Assembly (NCBI GenBank): GCA_010672925.1 | Contig: JAAHFP010000026.1 | Span: forward strand, 1-64,000 | Direction of reading: 5' to 3' | Length of the DNA stretch: 64,000 nucleotides | From: Symploca sp. SIO1C2 | Lineage (GTDB): Bacteria > Cyanobacteriota > Cyanobacteriia > Cyanobacteriales > Coleofasciculaceae | In this document: in pieces, positions 28,933 to 38,735 of the stretch | Numbering within the stretch: the first letter of the stretch is position 1 | Layout: each line of letters opens with the position of its first letter | Position numbers and translations under genes: made by a program | The notes under the pieces: model-generated | The model's database searches: none | Seen by the model: only the letters and a program-made list of their open reading frames with translations | What the model was told of the DNA's origin: nothing

Positions 28933-30531
28933 ATGATGAAATTTTTCCGTAAATTGCGATGGATGACTTTAGGAATAGTATTTTCCCTAATCCTTCATCT
29001 ATTACCAATTTTCACATTGACTCTTTCTGCTCAGTCTCAATCATCTTCTTCAGAAGGAAACTGTATTGCCGATGCTAATCTGCAAGGGTTAACTCGCGAG
29101 CAACTTCTGGAACAAGGTGACGAGTGTTTCCTAGAAGGAAATCGTGAAATAGCAGAACAATTCTATCGTCGAGCTAAGCCTCCTTTTAAAAAGCCAAAAC
29201 CTCAAGATAGATTTCCACTTTCTAAAAAATCTTCTGAAGAATTTGAAATTTTAGATCCCATTTTTGATGAAGAGGAATTATCTATCAGAGGTCGAACATT
29301 TTGGTCATCGTACCAAGAGTCTAAAAATAAACCAAAACTAGCAAGTGCTAAGTTTGCGCCTTTGTTTTTTTTAATTAAAAGTGATTCTAACTTCATTCCT
29401 GGCTATTTTGCCTTAGTTAACACTTTCAAAGAACATCCAGAATGGTGCAAGCGTGAAGCTAATGCCAAGATGTGTAACAATCAGCCTCACAATGCCCTTG
29501 AAGTTTTAGAACAAGGTACTGCTTTATATCCTGAAGAACCTAATTTGGTAGTAGCTAAAATTGATGAGTTAGTCACAGAAAAAGAGTTTCTAGAAGCTTC
29601 TATCGAAGCACGTCAATATTATATCAGTACAGGGGATAACGAGTTTGAAGAAAAAGCAGAAGAATATTTAGGACGTTATAAATCTGATTTAAGCTCTGAA
29701 TTAAAAGCAGCATCAGCAATTTGTGTTATTGCGAGTTCTTTGTTAGGGAATTTAAACAATTGTCAGATTCTAGGATTGTTGCTAAAAGGTGAATCGGAAT
29801 ACGGGAGGATTGTAGCTGAACAATTCAAAGAACAGCTACCGATAGTAGAGAAGCCTGAAGTCCTTGCTTATGTGGAAGATACGGCTTCTGCATTCCTTCC
29901 ATATATGGGACGAAATGACTTTGAATTTGAATTTAACGTGGTTGAAGATAATAGTCTCAATGCTTTTGCTTTACCAGGAGGAAAAATATTTATTAATACT
30001 GGTGCAATTCTTGGCACAAACTCAAGAGCAGAATTAGCGGGATTACTTGGTCATGAAGTTGCTCATTCTATCTATTCTCATACTTATCGAGATGCAGCAC
30101 AAGGAGCAATTTTAAATTCTTTTGGGGATATTTTCTTGAAGAATCTGCCCTATGATATCGAGATCTTAGGAAACAATTTTTCGGATATTCTCAAGTTAGG
30201 TATTACGATGCTTAGCAAAGCCTATAACAGAGATCAGGAAAGGGAAGCTGATATTTTAGGAACACGAGTTTTAGCTCAATCCGGTTATGCTGCTGATGGC
30301 TTGTACAATTTTATGGTGACAGTCCAAAATGTAGAAGAAGCTAATCAACCACCACCACAGGAAGGAGCATCTTTTCAAGATTTAATTCAGCCATTGTTAT
30401 CAACTCATCCAGAAACCCAAAACCGCGTCAGTTATTTACGAGAGTTAATTCGTAGTAATGGTTACAATCGTTATGTGTTAGAAGGTGTAGAAAAACACAA
30501 AGAAATGCAGAACTTGATTCAAAATTCCTAA
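28933..30531 (+). CDS. M48-family zinc metallopeptidase with an N-terminal signal peptide or anchor and a TPR-like region
   Basis: HEVAHSIYSH is the HExxH motif, with a downstream READILG glutamate. N-terminal hydrophobic helix MTLGIVFSLILHLLPIF. Confidence 0.75.
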   Translation: MMKFFRKLRWMTLGIVFSLILHLLPIFTLTLSAQSQSSSSEGNCIADANLQGLTREQLLEQGDECFLEGNREIAEQFYRRAKPPFKKPKPQDRFPLSKKSSEEFEILDPIFDEEELSIRGRTFWSSYQESKNKPKLASAKFAPLFFLIKSDSNFIPGYFALVNTFKEHPEWCKREANAKMCNNQPHNALEVLEQGTALYPEEPNLVVAKIDELVTEKEFLEASIEARQYYISTGDNEFEEKAEEYLGRYKSDLSSELKAASAICVIASSLLGNLNNCQILGLLLKGESEYGRIVAEQFKEQLPIVEKPEVLAYVEDTASAFLPYMGRNDFEFEFNVVEDNSLNAFALPGGKIFINTGAILGTNSRAELAGLLGHEVAHSIYSHTYRDAAQGAILNSFGDIFLKNLPYDIEILGNNFSDILKLGITMLSKAYNRDQEREADILGTRVLAQSGYAADGLYNFMVTVQNVEEANQPPPQEGASFQDLIQPLLSTHPETQNRVSYLRELIRSNGYNRYVLEGVEKHKEMQNLIQNS

Positions 30532-30591
30532 GCCTATTAGTTCATGCTCAATCTCTGTAGGTGGGCAAACTGGCTTACTTATTTATTGGTA

Positions 30592-32100
30592 CTATTTTAT
30601 TGGACAGAAAATAGTATAATTCCACTCAGTTCCTGACTCTTCAATATTTCCTGTTAAAACAACTTCAACGCGACCTGAATTTCCTTGAAAAGGAATTGAT
30701 ATGCTATTGCTACCAGAAGTAAAACCGGTATTATAAAGCTCCTTGCCTTCATAAAAAACTTGTAGTTTATCTTTGGCGGTATACATTTCATATTCAAGAT
30801 GAATAACTCCTTGATTTGAGGTTAACTGAATAATTCTTTGATCTCCTTCTTGACCACCACTAACTTGCTGTTTATTGCAAAATTCTAAACCTCTATTGTC
30901 AGCATCAATAATTTCAAAGTCAATAGATTGGCGTTTGCTTTCTACGTCAAACTCTTCAATTTCACCTACAGTCTGTTTACAAAAGTCAGGAGTAGATTTA
31001 TAACCTGAATCTACTCTAATTCCCTGTGGTCTTTTGGCTGATTTCGCAATAACTGCACCCCAAACAATTTCAAATTCAGCACAACCACTAGTACTACGAC
31101 TGTTAACTGCAACTTCAGGATGATCTATGTTGTCTATTGGAGATTGGTTATTTCCTTGGTTTAGGATGCTTGGATCAGTAATTAACTCTATCGCTACATC
31201 ACCTGGTTGGTAAACTTGTAAAGCACAAGAAGTTGCGCCTTGAGTCATTGCTTCATCCCATTTTTGTTTTGCTAATTCTTTTAATTCTGAACCAGTTCCT
31301 TTGGTTATAAAAAGTTCACGAGGATTACATTCAACTACTGCGGTTAATTCTGGTTCTTGACTTTTCCAATAACTTAGAGTCAGAGGGATACATTGACCGT
31401 TAGTGGGATTACTTTCGCATTTTTCCATAATTTCCTGACAAGGGTCTTTGCTTTGAATGTCTAACCAACTAGCACCTGATTCTGCAACGACACTACAATA
31501 ATAAAAAGTTCTGTTATAATTATATGATTGATTAATTAAAAGATGTTTAAATAATTGTCTGGCAACAGCAGGATATTGCCAGTTCGGTTGTTGACTATTG
31601 CTCTTCCAGTCCCCAGATCTTACTTGAACTGCTCTTTCGCAAGCACTAGCTCTATTAGCAGCTCGTTTCCAACCAAATAAATAACTACCTTGTTGTAAAT
31701 TACAGGGAAAATTATAAATACTTGGATCTGAATGGGGAAGAGTTTTTACAAACAGATTAAGATTTTGGTTACTTCTTGATAAAAATTCTAAAATGGCACG
31801 AGTTTGGCTGTTACCATTAACATTAATTTTATCTCTATACTTTTCCATAATTGAATCTTCTTGAGCCTGATAACGCCGTCCATTTTTTGTCACCCACATT
31901 TCTGGTTTGCCAATAATCTTTCTAACAACAGCTTTTTGGGGAACTTCTGCATAACTGGGACTAATTAAGATTAACCAATAATAAGGAATGAGTGCAGCTG
32001 TAGCAGCACGCAAGAAACGGTTAATTTTATAATTAATTTCTGATTTTGATGTTGGTTTATTCATAGATTTACTCTTGATTAATTGGTTTTGCACTAGCAT
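30592..32100 (-). CDS. Cys-rich extracytoplasmic protein (signal-anchor at the N-terminus), unknown function. The third gene of the AT-rich NTPase cassette
   Basis: 502-aa ORF overlapping the upstream NTPase gene by 32 bp. TM/signal segment AATAALIPYYWLILISPSYA. About 20 Cys. AT-rich like its neighbours. An alternative ATG (MNKPTSK) is at 32064. Confidence 0.55.
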   Translation of the reverse strand: MLVQNQLIKSKSMNKPTSKSEINYKINRFLRAATAALIPYYWLILISPSYAEVPQKAVVRKIIGKPEMWVTKNGRRYQAQEDSIMEKYRDKINVNGNSQTRAILEFLSRSNQNLNLFVKTLPHSDPSIYNFPCNLQQGSYLFGWKRAANRASACERAVQVRSGDWKSNSQQPNWQYPAVARQLFKHLLINQSYNYNRTFYYCSVVAESGASWLDIQSKDPCQEIMEKCESNPTNGQCIPLTLSYWKSQEPELTAVVECNPRELFITKGTGSELKELAKQKWDEAMTQGATSCALQVYQPGDVAIELITDPSILNQGNNQSPIDNIDHPEVAVNSRSTSGCAEFEIVWGAVIAKSAKRPQGIRVDSGYKSTPDFCKQTVGEIEEFDVESKRQSIDFEIIDADNRGLEFCNKQQVSGGQEGDQRIIQLTSNQGVIHLEYEMYTAKDKLQVFYEGKELYNTGFTSGSNSISIPFQGNSGRVEVVLTGNIEESGTEWNYTIFCPIK

Positions 32101-34414
32101 GACAGCTATCTATTCGCTCGATTACAGAATTAAAGGGAAAATCAAAAACTGACTCTAACAAAGTTCCACCATAGGATGATGTTTTATTAATTATTTGCCC
32201 TGTTTTTGTGTCCAATATTTCTTCTTCTCCTAATCTAACTAACTCTTGACAATCTAAGTTTTCAAAATGAGAATTAGTCCCATACCAGCCACAACGGTCT
32301 TTAGTGTACTTGCGCCATAACTGTTCAATTTTTTGTAGTGTTTCACAAGGTATTCTTTCTGCTTCTTCTGGTTTATCTAAAAATCCATCGTTATTTAAGT
32401 CTCCATAATAACCAAAAGGACGCATTAAAATTTTATACGTGGTTTTAATTGCCCCTTCTGTATATTGCTTTTCTAAGTTACCAGGAGCAGGCTCTTCTCG
32501 CTCTCCAATTAAGCCTTGTTTGAGCTGTTCTTCAAGAAACGATAGTCGATGTTCGTGAACCATTTTTAGGAGAGATGCATCTGCTGTTTTTTGGATTTCT
32601 TCCAGTTTAGTTTTTGAAAAATTAGGAAATTCTTTTGGCTTTTCTACGATACGTTTTTGCAGTTTGTCTGCAGCTGTTAAAATGTAGTTATAATAAGCAA
32701 TTGCTCGATCTATATCTCCTTTTTCTTTGCGCTTACTTGCTTCTTGTAAAAAATCAGGCAAAATATCTAGCAAATCTGAGCTAGGTAGTTCAAGACCAAC
32801 GGCAACATCTCTTACAACTTGTAGTGATGCTTTTCGCTGAGACCAAGCAAATATTCCAGCTATGGATGCTATTATACAAAGTGCAGCTACTGATACAGCT
32901 AAAATTGTGATTTTCTTCGCTGCTTCTAACTCTCGCTGTCTTTGGTACTCTTTTTCTCTGGCTAAGTAATCGCGCTGCTCAATACTTTCTTGAATAAATT
33001 GATTACTATCTTTGTCTAAACTTCCAAAAGCTTCTTTGTTAATCAGTTCAAAAACTCGCTCTAACTTAGAACCACTCCAAAGTTCATCTTTGGCCTTTTC
33101 TAAATTTTGTTTTTTTACCTCACACCATTGATAAGTATCATCAATTAATCTTTTTCTTAAAAGAATAACTTCTTCCTGCTCTTCAATTAAATCTCTTATA
33201 AATTTCCAAGAGCGGAGCAATTCTTCGTGAGCTACTTCAACAGTAGTTGATTTGTCTCTGCCACTAACCAAAAGACGAGACTCAATAAGTTTATTTAAAA
33301 CACTTTCTTTAATAGGATCATTTATAAATTGAGACTGTTCTACTCTTCTACTAATAGGTTCTTTTTTTACTATATCGATTAATTCTATAAAAATTTTTTC
33401 AGCTACTTTTTTCTCTTGAGTATTTAGTTTTTCTTTGTATATATATTCTGCTTGCTTTTCAAGTGCGCCACCAACACCGTCTAAATCATCATAAATTTCG
33501 ATATTTAAAACTCTGCTGTTATCCGATATACCAGATTTTTCCCATAATAAATCTAGAGTGTATTGCAATAAAGGTAGAGAACCAGCCTGTTTATCAAAAT
33601 CACTAATAATTTGTTCGACTAAACCTTTTTCAAAAGTCACTCCGTTTCTAGCCGCAGGCTCAGCGATAGCTAATCTGAGTTCAGACTCATTCAGATCTCT
33701 GATTAATCGAATTTGTTCTTCTATTTCGTTAATGAAATCAGCATATTCTCGAAGATTGTCCAAAAAATCAGACCGCATCGCCAAAACCAGCTTTAAAGAG
33801 CTATCCTTCTGTCTAATCAATAAAACAAGATTAGTAATAAATTTGTCGCGTTCTATCTTCGGGGTAATTGTAAATAGTTCTTCAAACTGATCTATAAAAA
33901 TCAGCCATTGTTGAGAATTGTCTTTTAATTTGTTAAAAAGTTTAATTAAACAATCACTACTTTTTTCTTCAAAAATTTGATTAGCTATGTTTTTATGGTT
34001 ATTTTGCAGACTGTTATACAAAGATTTAAAAGGATTTTTGTAGGGAACAAAAACTGATTTTATTAACTTGGAAGTTCCCCACTCATCAGATAAATAAGGG
34101 ATGATTCCCGCCTGAACTAAAGAAGATTTACCACTACCTGAAGCCCCCAGAAGCAGAAGTAAATTATCTTGTTCTAAGTCCTTGCTTAATTTAGTAATCC
34201 ATTGCTCTCGACCAAAAAATTTATCTTTATCTTCAGGTTCAAATTTTTTTAACCCTAAGTATGGAGAACCTTTTTTGAGTCTTTGACTATGAATTTCAGC
34301 TTCAGACTTTTGAGCTATGATATACTGGTTTATAACCTCAGCTTTGACATCACCAAGAATACCTTTAACATCGCCGCCAATATCACAAATATAAGGAAAA
34401 ATTGGAGCACTCAT
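32069..34414 (-). CDS. Membrane-anchored P-loop NTPase (STAND-like) with an N-terminal D[IV]KGI[VL]GD[IV] motif and a ~250-aa C-terminal extracytoplasmic domain
   Basis: Walker A LLLLGASGSGKSSLVQAGIIP is preceded by FFGREQ. Walker B WLIFIDQFEE. A single TM helix ITILAVSVAALCIIASIAGIFAW sits at about aa 500. The N-terminus is MSAPIFPYICDIGGDVKGILGDVKAEV. The gene is AT-rich. Confidence 0.7.
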   Translation of the reverse strand: MSAPIFPYICDIGGDVKGILGDVKAEVINQYIIAQKSEAEIHSQRLKKGSPYLGLKKFEPEDKDKFFGREQWITKLSKDLEQDNLLLLLGASGSGKSSLVQAGIIPYLSDEWGTSKLIKSVFVPYKNPFKSLYNSLQNNHKNIANQIFEEKSSDCLIKLFNKLKDNSQQWLIFIDQFEELFTITPKIERDKFITNLVLLIRQKDSSLKLVLAMRSDFLDNLREYADFINEIEEQIRLIRDLNESELRLAIAEPAARNGVTFEKGLVEQIISDFDKQAGSLPLLQYTLDLLWEKSGISDNSRVLNIEIYDDLDGVGGALEKQAEYIYKEKLNTQEKKVAEKIFIELIDIVKKEPISRRVEQSQFINDPIKESVLNKLIESRLLVSGRDKSTTVEVAHEELLRSWKFIRDLIEEQEEVILLRKRLIDDTYQWCEVKKQNLEKAKDELWSGSKLERVFELINKEAFGSLDKDSNQFIQESIEQRDYLAREKEYQRQRELEAAKKITILAVSVAALCIIASIAGIFAWSQRKASLQVVRDVAVGLELPSSDLLDILPDFLQEASKRKEKGDIDRAIAYYNYILTAADKLQKRIVEKPKEFPNFSKTKLEEIQKTADASLLKMVHEHRLSFLEEQLKQGLIGEREEPAPGNLEKQYTEGAIKTTYKILMRPFGYYGDLNNDGFLDKPEEAERIPCETLQKIEQLWRKYTKDRCGWYGTNSHFENLDCQELVRLGEEEILDTKTGQIINKTSSYGGTLLESVFDFPFNSVIERIDSCHASAKPINQE

Positions 34415-34425
34415 TTTTCTATTTA

Positions 34426-34797
34426 TTAACTAATATTCTGGTCAATATTTCCACCACTAATATCCCCAACAATACCTTTAATATCACGAGCTACACTTAT
34501 ACTGAATTTACCTGCTGCTGACTCTTCAGGTTTTTCCTCTTTCAACAACTTCTGAGCTGCCTTAATAATTTCTTGATCCTTATCAGCACCCGATTCAACT
34601 AATTTCTTTTTAAGTGGTGCTTCATAGATTTCCGGATCTGTTTCATGTTCTTCCAGAATCATTTCTGCTTTTGGCTCACCCGCGAACTTACGCTTAATCA
34701 AAGCTTTTAATCCTTGATAAGCATCTGGGGCTGCATCACCAGCAGCTTTTGCTGCCCCAGCAACCAATGCAGCAAGAATAATAGAAATAGGTTCCAT
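34426..34797 (-). CDS. Small protein (123 aa) ending in ...ARDIKGIVGDISGGNIDQNIS. The first gene of the cassette
   Basis: Clean ORF with an Ala/Lys-rich N-terminus. It stops 11 bp before the NTPase start. Its C-terminal motif is repeated at the NTPase N-terminus. Confidence 0.6.
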   Translation of the reverse strand: MEPISIILAALVAGAAKAAGDAAPDAYQGLKALIKRKFAGEPKAEMILEEHETDPEIYEAPLKKKLVESGADKDQEIIKAAQKLLKEEKPEESAAGKFSISVARDIKGIVGDISGGNIDQNIS

Positions 34798-35097
34798 GAA
34801 TTTATCTCCTAATAGGGTAATTTGCCTAATATTGAGGTTGATTAGCTAGCAATTAACGATATAGCAATTGGTTGAAAATTCCACGCTCACCTTGGTACAC
34901 CTCTAACCGAAGGGAAGAGAATTGTTTCTTCCATTCAGTTGGGGGTGCGAAGTGTTCCTCAGGGGCTCTTGGTGAAACTAGAAACCACTAAAAAAGATCT
35001 GAATTCCTTAATATGGCTAGTTTATCACCTTCTTTTTCGACGTGGTATTTTACCCTGTTGCCTTTTACCTGGGTCATCAGGCGCTTATTATTTCAAT

Positions 35098-35925
35098 TCA
35101 AACCTCAGTGCGTTCAGTTAAAATTTCGTAGCCATCAGCAGTTACTAATACAGTATGCTCAAATTGAGCTGATAGGGCATTGTCCACTGTAAGTACAGTC
35201 CAACGATCAGATAAGGTGCGGGTAAACTTGGAACCAGCATTGACAATTGGCTCAATTGCTATAGTCATACCAGCACGAAGCTTGACATTGGGCATCTCAC
35301 GGGTGCGGAAATTAAAGACAGAAGGTTCTTCGTGTAAATTCCTACCTACACCATGACCAGTAAAGTTTTCTACCACACTAAAACCATTAGCTCGAACATG
35401 ATCCTCAATTGCACCGGCAATGTCAAGCAAGTAAGCTCCGGCTTTAACCTGTTCAATTCCTTTGTAGAGGGCTTCTTCTGCTACACGAATTAGCTTAGCA
35501 GCATGGGGTGTCACTTGATTGATGCCCAGGGTAATACAAGAGTCTCCGTGAAATCCTTCATAGTAAGCACCAGTATCGATTTTCACCACATCACCGCTGC
35601 GAATCACCTTTTTGCGACTAGGAATACCGTGTACAACTTCGTTATTGATACAAGAACAGATGGAACCTGGGAAGCCATGGTAACCTTTAAAGCTAGGCGT
35701 TGCACCCATCTCACGGATGCGCTTTTCAGCGTAGGCATCCAAGTCAGCAGTTGTCATCCCTGGTTCAACTATCTCGGAAATTTCCTTGAGCACTTTGGCA
35801 ACAATTTTCGCTGCCTGCCGCATAATCTCAATTTCACGTTCAGATTTGATTTCAATACCCCGGCGTTTTTTCTGTATTCGAGGAGGTTTAGCTGGTTGAG
35901 AAAGCAGGTTGCTCAGGATTTTCAT
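35098..35925 (-). CDS. map: Methionine aminopeptidase, type I
   Basis: The MetAP pita-bread fold carries its metal ligands in [31 protein letters not shown] and AIEPI. Confidence 0.9.
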   Translation of the reverse strand: MKILSNLLSQPAKPPRIQKKRRGIEIKSEREIEIMRQAAKIVAKVLKEISEIVEPGMTTADLDAYAEKRIREMGATPSFKGYHGFPGSICSCINNEVVHGIPSRKKVIRSGDVVKIDTGAYYEGFHGDSCITLGINQVTPHAAKLIRVAEEALYKGIEQVKAGAYLLDIAGAIEDHVRANGFSVVENFTGHGVGRNLHEEPSVFNFRTREMPNVKLRAGMTIAIEPIVNAGSKFTRTLSDRWTVLTVDNALSAQFEHTVLVTADGYEILTERTEV

Positions 35926-35987
35926 TTATTGTGATCAATAAAACTATTATAGATTGTCTCATAGAGATTATAGCGGGAGTCTACACA

Positions 35988-36115
35988 AGAGAATTTAGAA
36001 TTTAGAATTTAGAATTTAGAAAAAAGTATCTTCTATATCAGTAAGGATGATGAGTGGGTGTATTCACCTACAAAAACAATTAACCTAACACCTACCACCT
36101 ACCACCTAACATCTA
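35988..36115. repeat. STRRs (GAATTTA)n and (CCTACCA/CCTAACA)n
   Basis: gaatttagaatttagaatttagaatttagaa ... cctaacacctaccacctaccacctaacatc. Confidence 0.7.
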
Positions 36116-36972
36116 TTTTCTGGAATCACCGAAAAAATCATCCCTTCACGAGCGATGAAACCTCCTTTAAAGGTATCTTTGACCTCTACTGCTAACTGAT
36201 CCAAAAAATCATCAGTATGATTCGGTTCGTGGTGAAAGATAGCTAAATGCTTAGTTCCTGCTGCCTTGGCTACTTTTACTCCTTCTTCCCAGGTGGAATG
36301 CCCCCAACCTATCTTGGGAGATTTCGGATTATGGTATTCTTTGTCTGTATACATAGCGTCGTAAATAATTACCTCAGCATCACGAGCTAGGTGCAATACA
36401 TTTTCATCAAGGCGATCGGGGAAATGTTCTGTATCTGTGCAGTAGAAAGCAGAATGCCCTTGCCAGGTTACCCGATAACCCATGGCGCCATTGGGATGGT
36501 TAAGAGGAGCAGTTTCAATAGTAATATCGTCAAGGGTGATGATATTTTTACCAAATTTTAAGTCATCAAAGGTCAAATTTGCCTTTATTTTGTGGGAAGG
36601 TACAGGAGAACTCAAGTGGAGAACATGCTCACTAAAATGTTGCTCCAATAATAGTCCTCCCGGTGCTGCTCCATGAATATGAAAGGTATTGCCGGGAATA
36701 AAGGCTGGAGAGAAAAACGGCACACCTTGAATGTGATCCCAGTGGTAGTGAGTAAAAAACCAATCAGCTTCAACTGGTAAGTCAGGCTGTAAGGTTTTGC
36801 CTAGCATCCGCAAACCCGTACCCCCATCAAAAATGAGGCGTCTACCACCTACTCGCATCTCTATACAGGAGGTATTACCGCCATAACGGACTGTATCTTT
36901 CCCGGGAGCGGGAACACTACCTCTAACCCCCCAAAATTGGACAACAAACTCAGAGGAAGGACTGGTTTCCAT
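36106..36972 (-). CDS. MBL-fold metallo-hydrolase
   Basis: HYHWDHIQG is the HxHxDH motif, with downstream His/Asp ligands. Confidence 0.8.
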   Translation of the reverse strand: METSPSSEFVVQFWGVRGSVPAPGKDTVRYGGNTSCIEMRVGGRRLIFDGGTGLRMLGKTLQPDLPVEADWFFTHYHWDHIQGVPFFSPAFIPGNTFHIHGAAPGGLLLEQHFSEHVLHLSSPVPSHKIKANLTFDDLKFGKNIITLDDITIETAPLNHPNGAMGYRVTWQGHSAFYCTDTEHFPDRLDENVLHLARDAEVIIYDAMYTDKEYHNPKSPKIGWGHSTWEEGVKVAKAAGTKHLAIFHHEPNHTDDFLDQLAVEVKDTFKGGFIAREGMIFSVIPENRC

Positions 36973-36978
36973 TGGTAT

Positions 36979-38073
36979 CTAAGGCTTTAAAGTACAGCAC
37001 TGACCCTGATGACGCAGCAGGTGGTCGCACAAAACTAAGGCAACCATTGCTTCTACCATAGGCACAGCTCTAGGTAAAACGCAAGGGTCGTGACGTCCTT
37101 TAGCTGCTAAAACTGTTTCCTCACCAGTGTTAGTTACTGTGCGCTGCTGTTTTCTTATGGTAGCAGTGGGTTTAAATGCTACCCGCAAAATAATATTTTC
37201 ACCGTTAGTGATGCCACCCTGAATACCACCAGAACGATTGGTTGCTGTCCGTATTGCCCCGGTTTCATCGGTGTAAAATTCATCATTATGTTCGCTGCCA
37301 GTGAGCATAGTCCCAGCAAAACCAGAACCAATTTCAAAACCTTTACTTGCGGGTAGGGACATAACACCCTTGGCTAGATCTGCTTCCAATTTATCAAATA
37401 CCGGTTCTCCTAAACCTTTGGGTATTTTCCTGGCAACACATTCAACAACACCGCCCAGGGAATCACCACTACGTCCAATCTGCTCAATAAGTTCAACCAT
37501 CCGTTCTGCACATTCAGCATCAGGACAACGGACAATATTACTTTCTACCTGTTCCAGGGTAACAGAGTGGGGCTCGACGATCGCTTCTAGGTTTTGAATA
37601 CGTTTGACGTAGCCGACAATTTCGATGCCCGCAACTTGAGTAAGAATTTTTTTAGCGATCGCGCCAGCGGCAACTCGGCCAATGGTTTCACGGGCTGAGG
37701 ATCTTCCTCCACCCTGCCAGTTCCGGATACCATATTTGGCATCATAGGTCGCATCTGCATGGGAAGGGCGATAGGTCTGAGCCATTTCGCTATAATCTTG
37801 GGGGCGAGTATCTTTGTTACGCACCATAATCATAATGGGCGTCCCCAAGGTTTTACCCCGAAACATCCCTGAAACAATTTCGCAAGTATCAGTTTCCTTA
37901 CGAGGTGTGGTTATTTTACTTTGTCCAGGACGTCTGCGGTCTAGTTCTACCTGAATTTCTTCAGCAGAAATCTCTAGTTGTGGTGGACACCCATCAATCA
38001 CTACTCCGACGCCACCGCCATGAGATTCACCAAAGGTGGTAATCCGAAATAAGTGTCCAAAGGTATTGCCCAT
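36979..38073 (-). CDS. aroC: Chorismate synthase
   Basis: [31 protein letters not shown]... is the canonical AroC N-terminus. The start was set at the ATG at 38073; the longer ORF to 38217 runs through an STRR. Confidence 0.9.
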   Translation of the reverse strand: MGNTFGHLFRITTFGESHGGGVGVVIDGCPPQLEISAEEIQVELDRRRPGQSKITTPRKETDTCEIVSGMFRGKTLGTPIMIMVRNKDTRPQDYSEMAQTYRPSHADATYDAKYGIRNWQGGGRSSARETIGRVAAGAIAKKILTQVAGIEIVGYVKRIQNLEAIVEPHSVTLEQVESNIVRCPDAECAERMVELIEQIGRSGDSLGGVVECVARKIPKGLGEPVFDKLEADLAKGVMSLPASKGFEIGSGFAGTMLTGSEHNDEFYTDETGAIRTATNRSGGIQGGITNGENIILRVAFKPTATIRKQQRTVTNTGEETVLAAKGRHDPCVLPRAVPMVEAMVALVLCDHLLRHQGQCCTLKP

Positions 38074-38101
38074 AATAATTTGGAGGAGGAAATATACCGA
38101 C

Positions 38102-38290
38102 CTTGATTTTAACAGGCAATATAGCGCTACGCGCTGGGGAATGGAGAAGGTCGAATGGGGAATGGAGAAGGTCGAATGGAGAAGGTCGAATGGAGAACAA
38201 CAAAGCTTACTACACAAGCTTTCTTGCCTCCTGCCCCCTGCCCCCTGCCTGCTGTCTCCTGCCTCCTGCCTTCAGAGCACTAGGATTGAT
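38102..38290. repeat. STRR cluster (GGAGAAGGTCGAAT-type and CCTGCC heptamers)
   Basis: ggaatggagaaggtcgaatggggaatggagaaggtcgaatggagaaggtcgaatggagaac ... cctcctgccccctgccccctgcctgctgtctcctgcctcctgcc. Confidence 0.8.
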
Positions 38291-38351
38291 AATCTAGAAA
38301 TAGCTGATTGATTCAGTTATCATGACGTAAGTCTTCAAGAGGGAGAGCGTT

Positions 38352-38576
38352 GTGTCTCACACTATTGTTACTGAAACCTGTGAAGGCGTTGCTGATTGCG
38401 TTGAAGCCTGTCCAGTTGCTTGCATTCATCCAGGTCCTGGTAAAAATACCAAAGGTCTGGACTGGTACTGGATTGATTTTTCAACTTGTATTGACTGTGG
38501 TATCTGTTTCCAGGTTTGCCCAGTAAAAGGAGCAATCGTCCAGGAAGAACGACCAGATTTACAAAAAACTCCTTAG
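38352..38576 (+). CDS. 2x[4Fe-4S] ferredoxin
   Basis: Two Cys clusters, CEGVADCVEACP and CIDCGICFQVCP. Confidence 0.8.
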   Translation: MSHTIVTETCEGVADCVEACPVACIHPGPGKNTKGLDWYWIDFSTCIDCGICFQVCPVKGAIVQEERPDLQKTP

Positions 38577-38581
38577 TCTCC

Positions 38582-38735
38582 AGGTGTTAGGTGTTAGGTA
38601 AAGAAGTTTGGCTGATGTCCTTGTTATCAAGGATTCTTTAATATTTCACATCACCTTGGGGGAAGCAGCACCACAGCTATCTTCCCCTAACACCTAAGAC
38701 CTAACACCTAAGACCTAACACCTAAAACAGCCATG
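38582..38735. repeat. Mutually complementary STRR blocks (GGTGTTA)n ... (CCTAACA/CCTAAGA)n that can form a long hairpin between the ferredoxin and cysteine desulfurase genes
   Basis: ggtgttaggtgttaggta at 38584 and cctaacacctaagacctaacacctaagacctaacacctaaaac at 38687. Confidence 0.7.
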
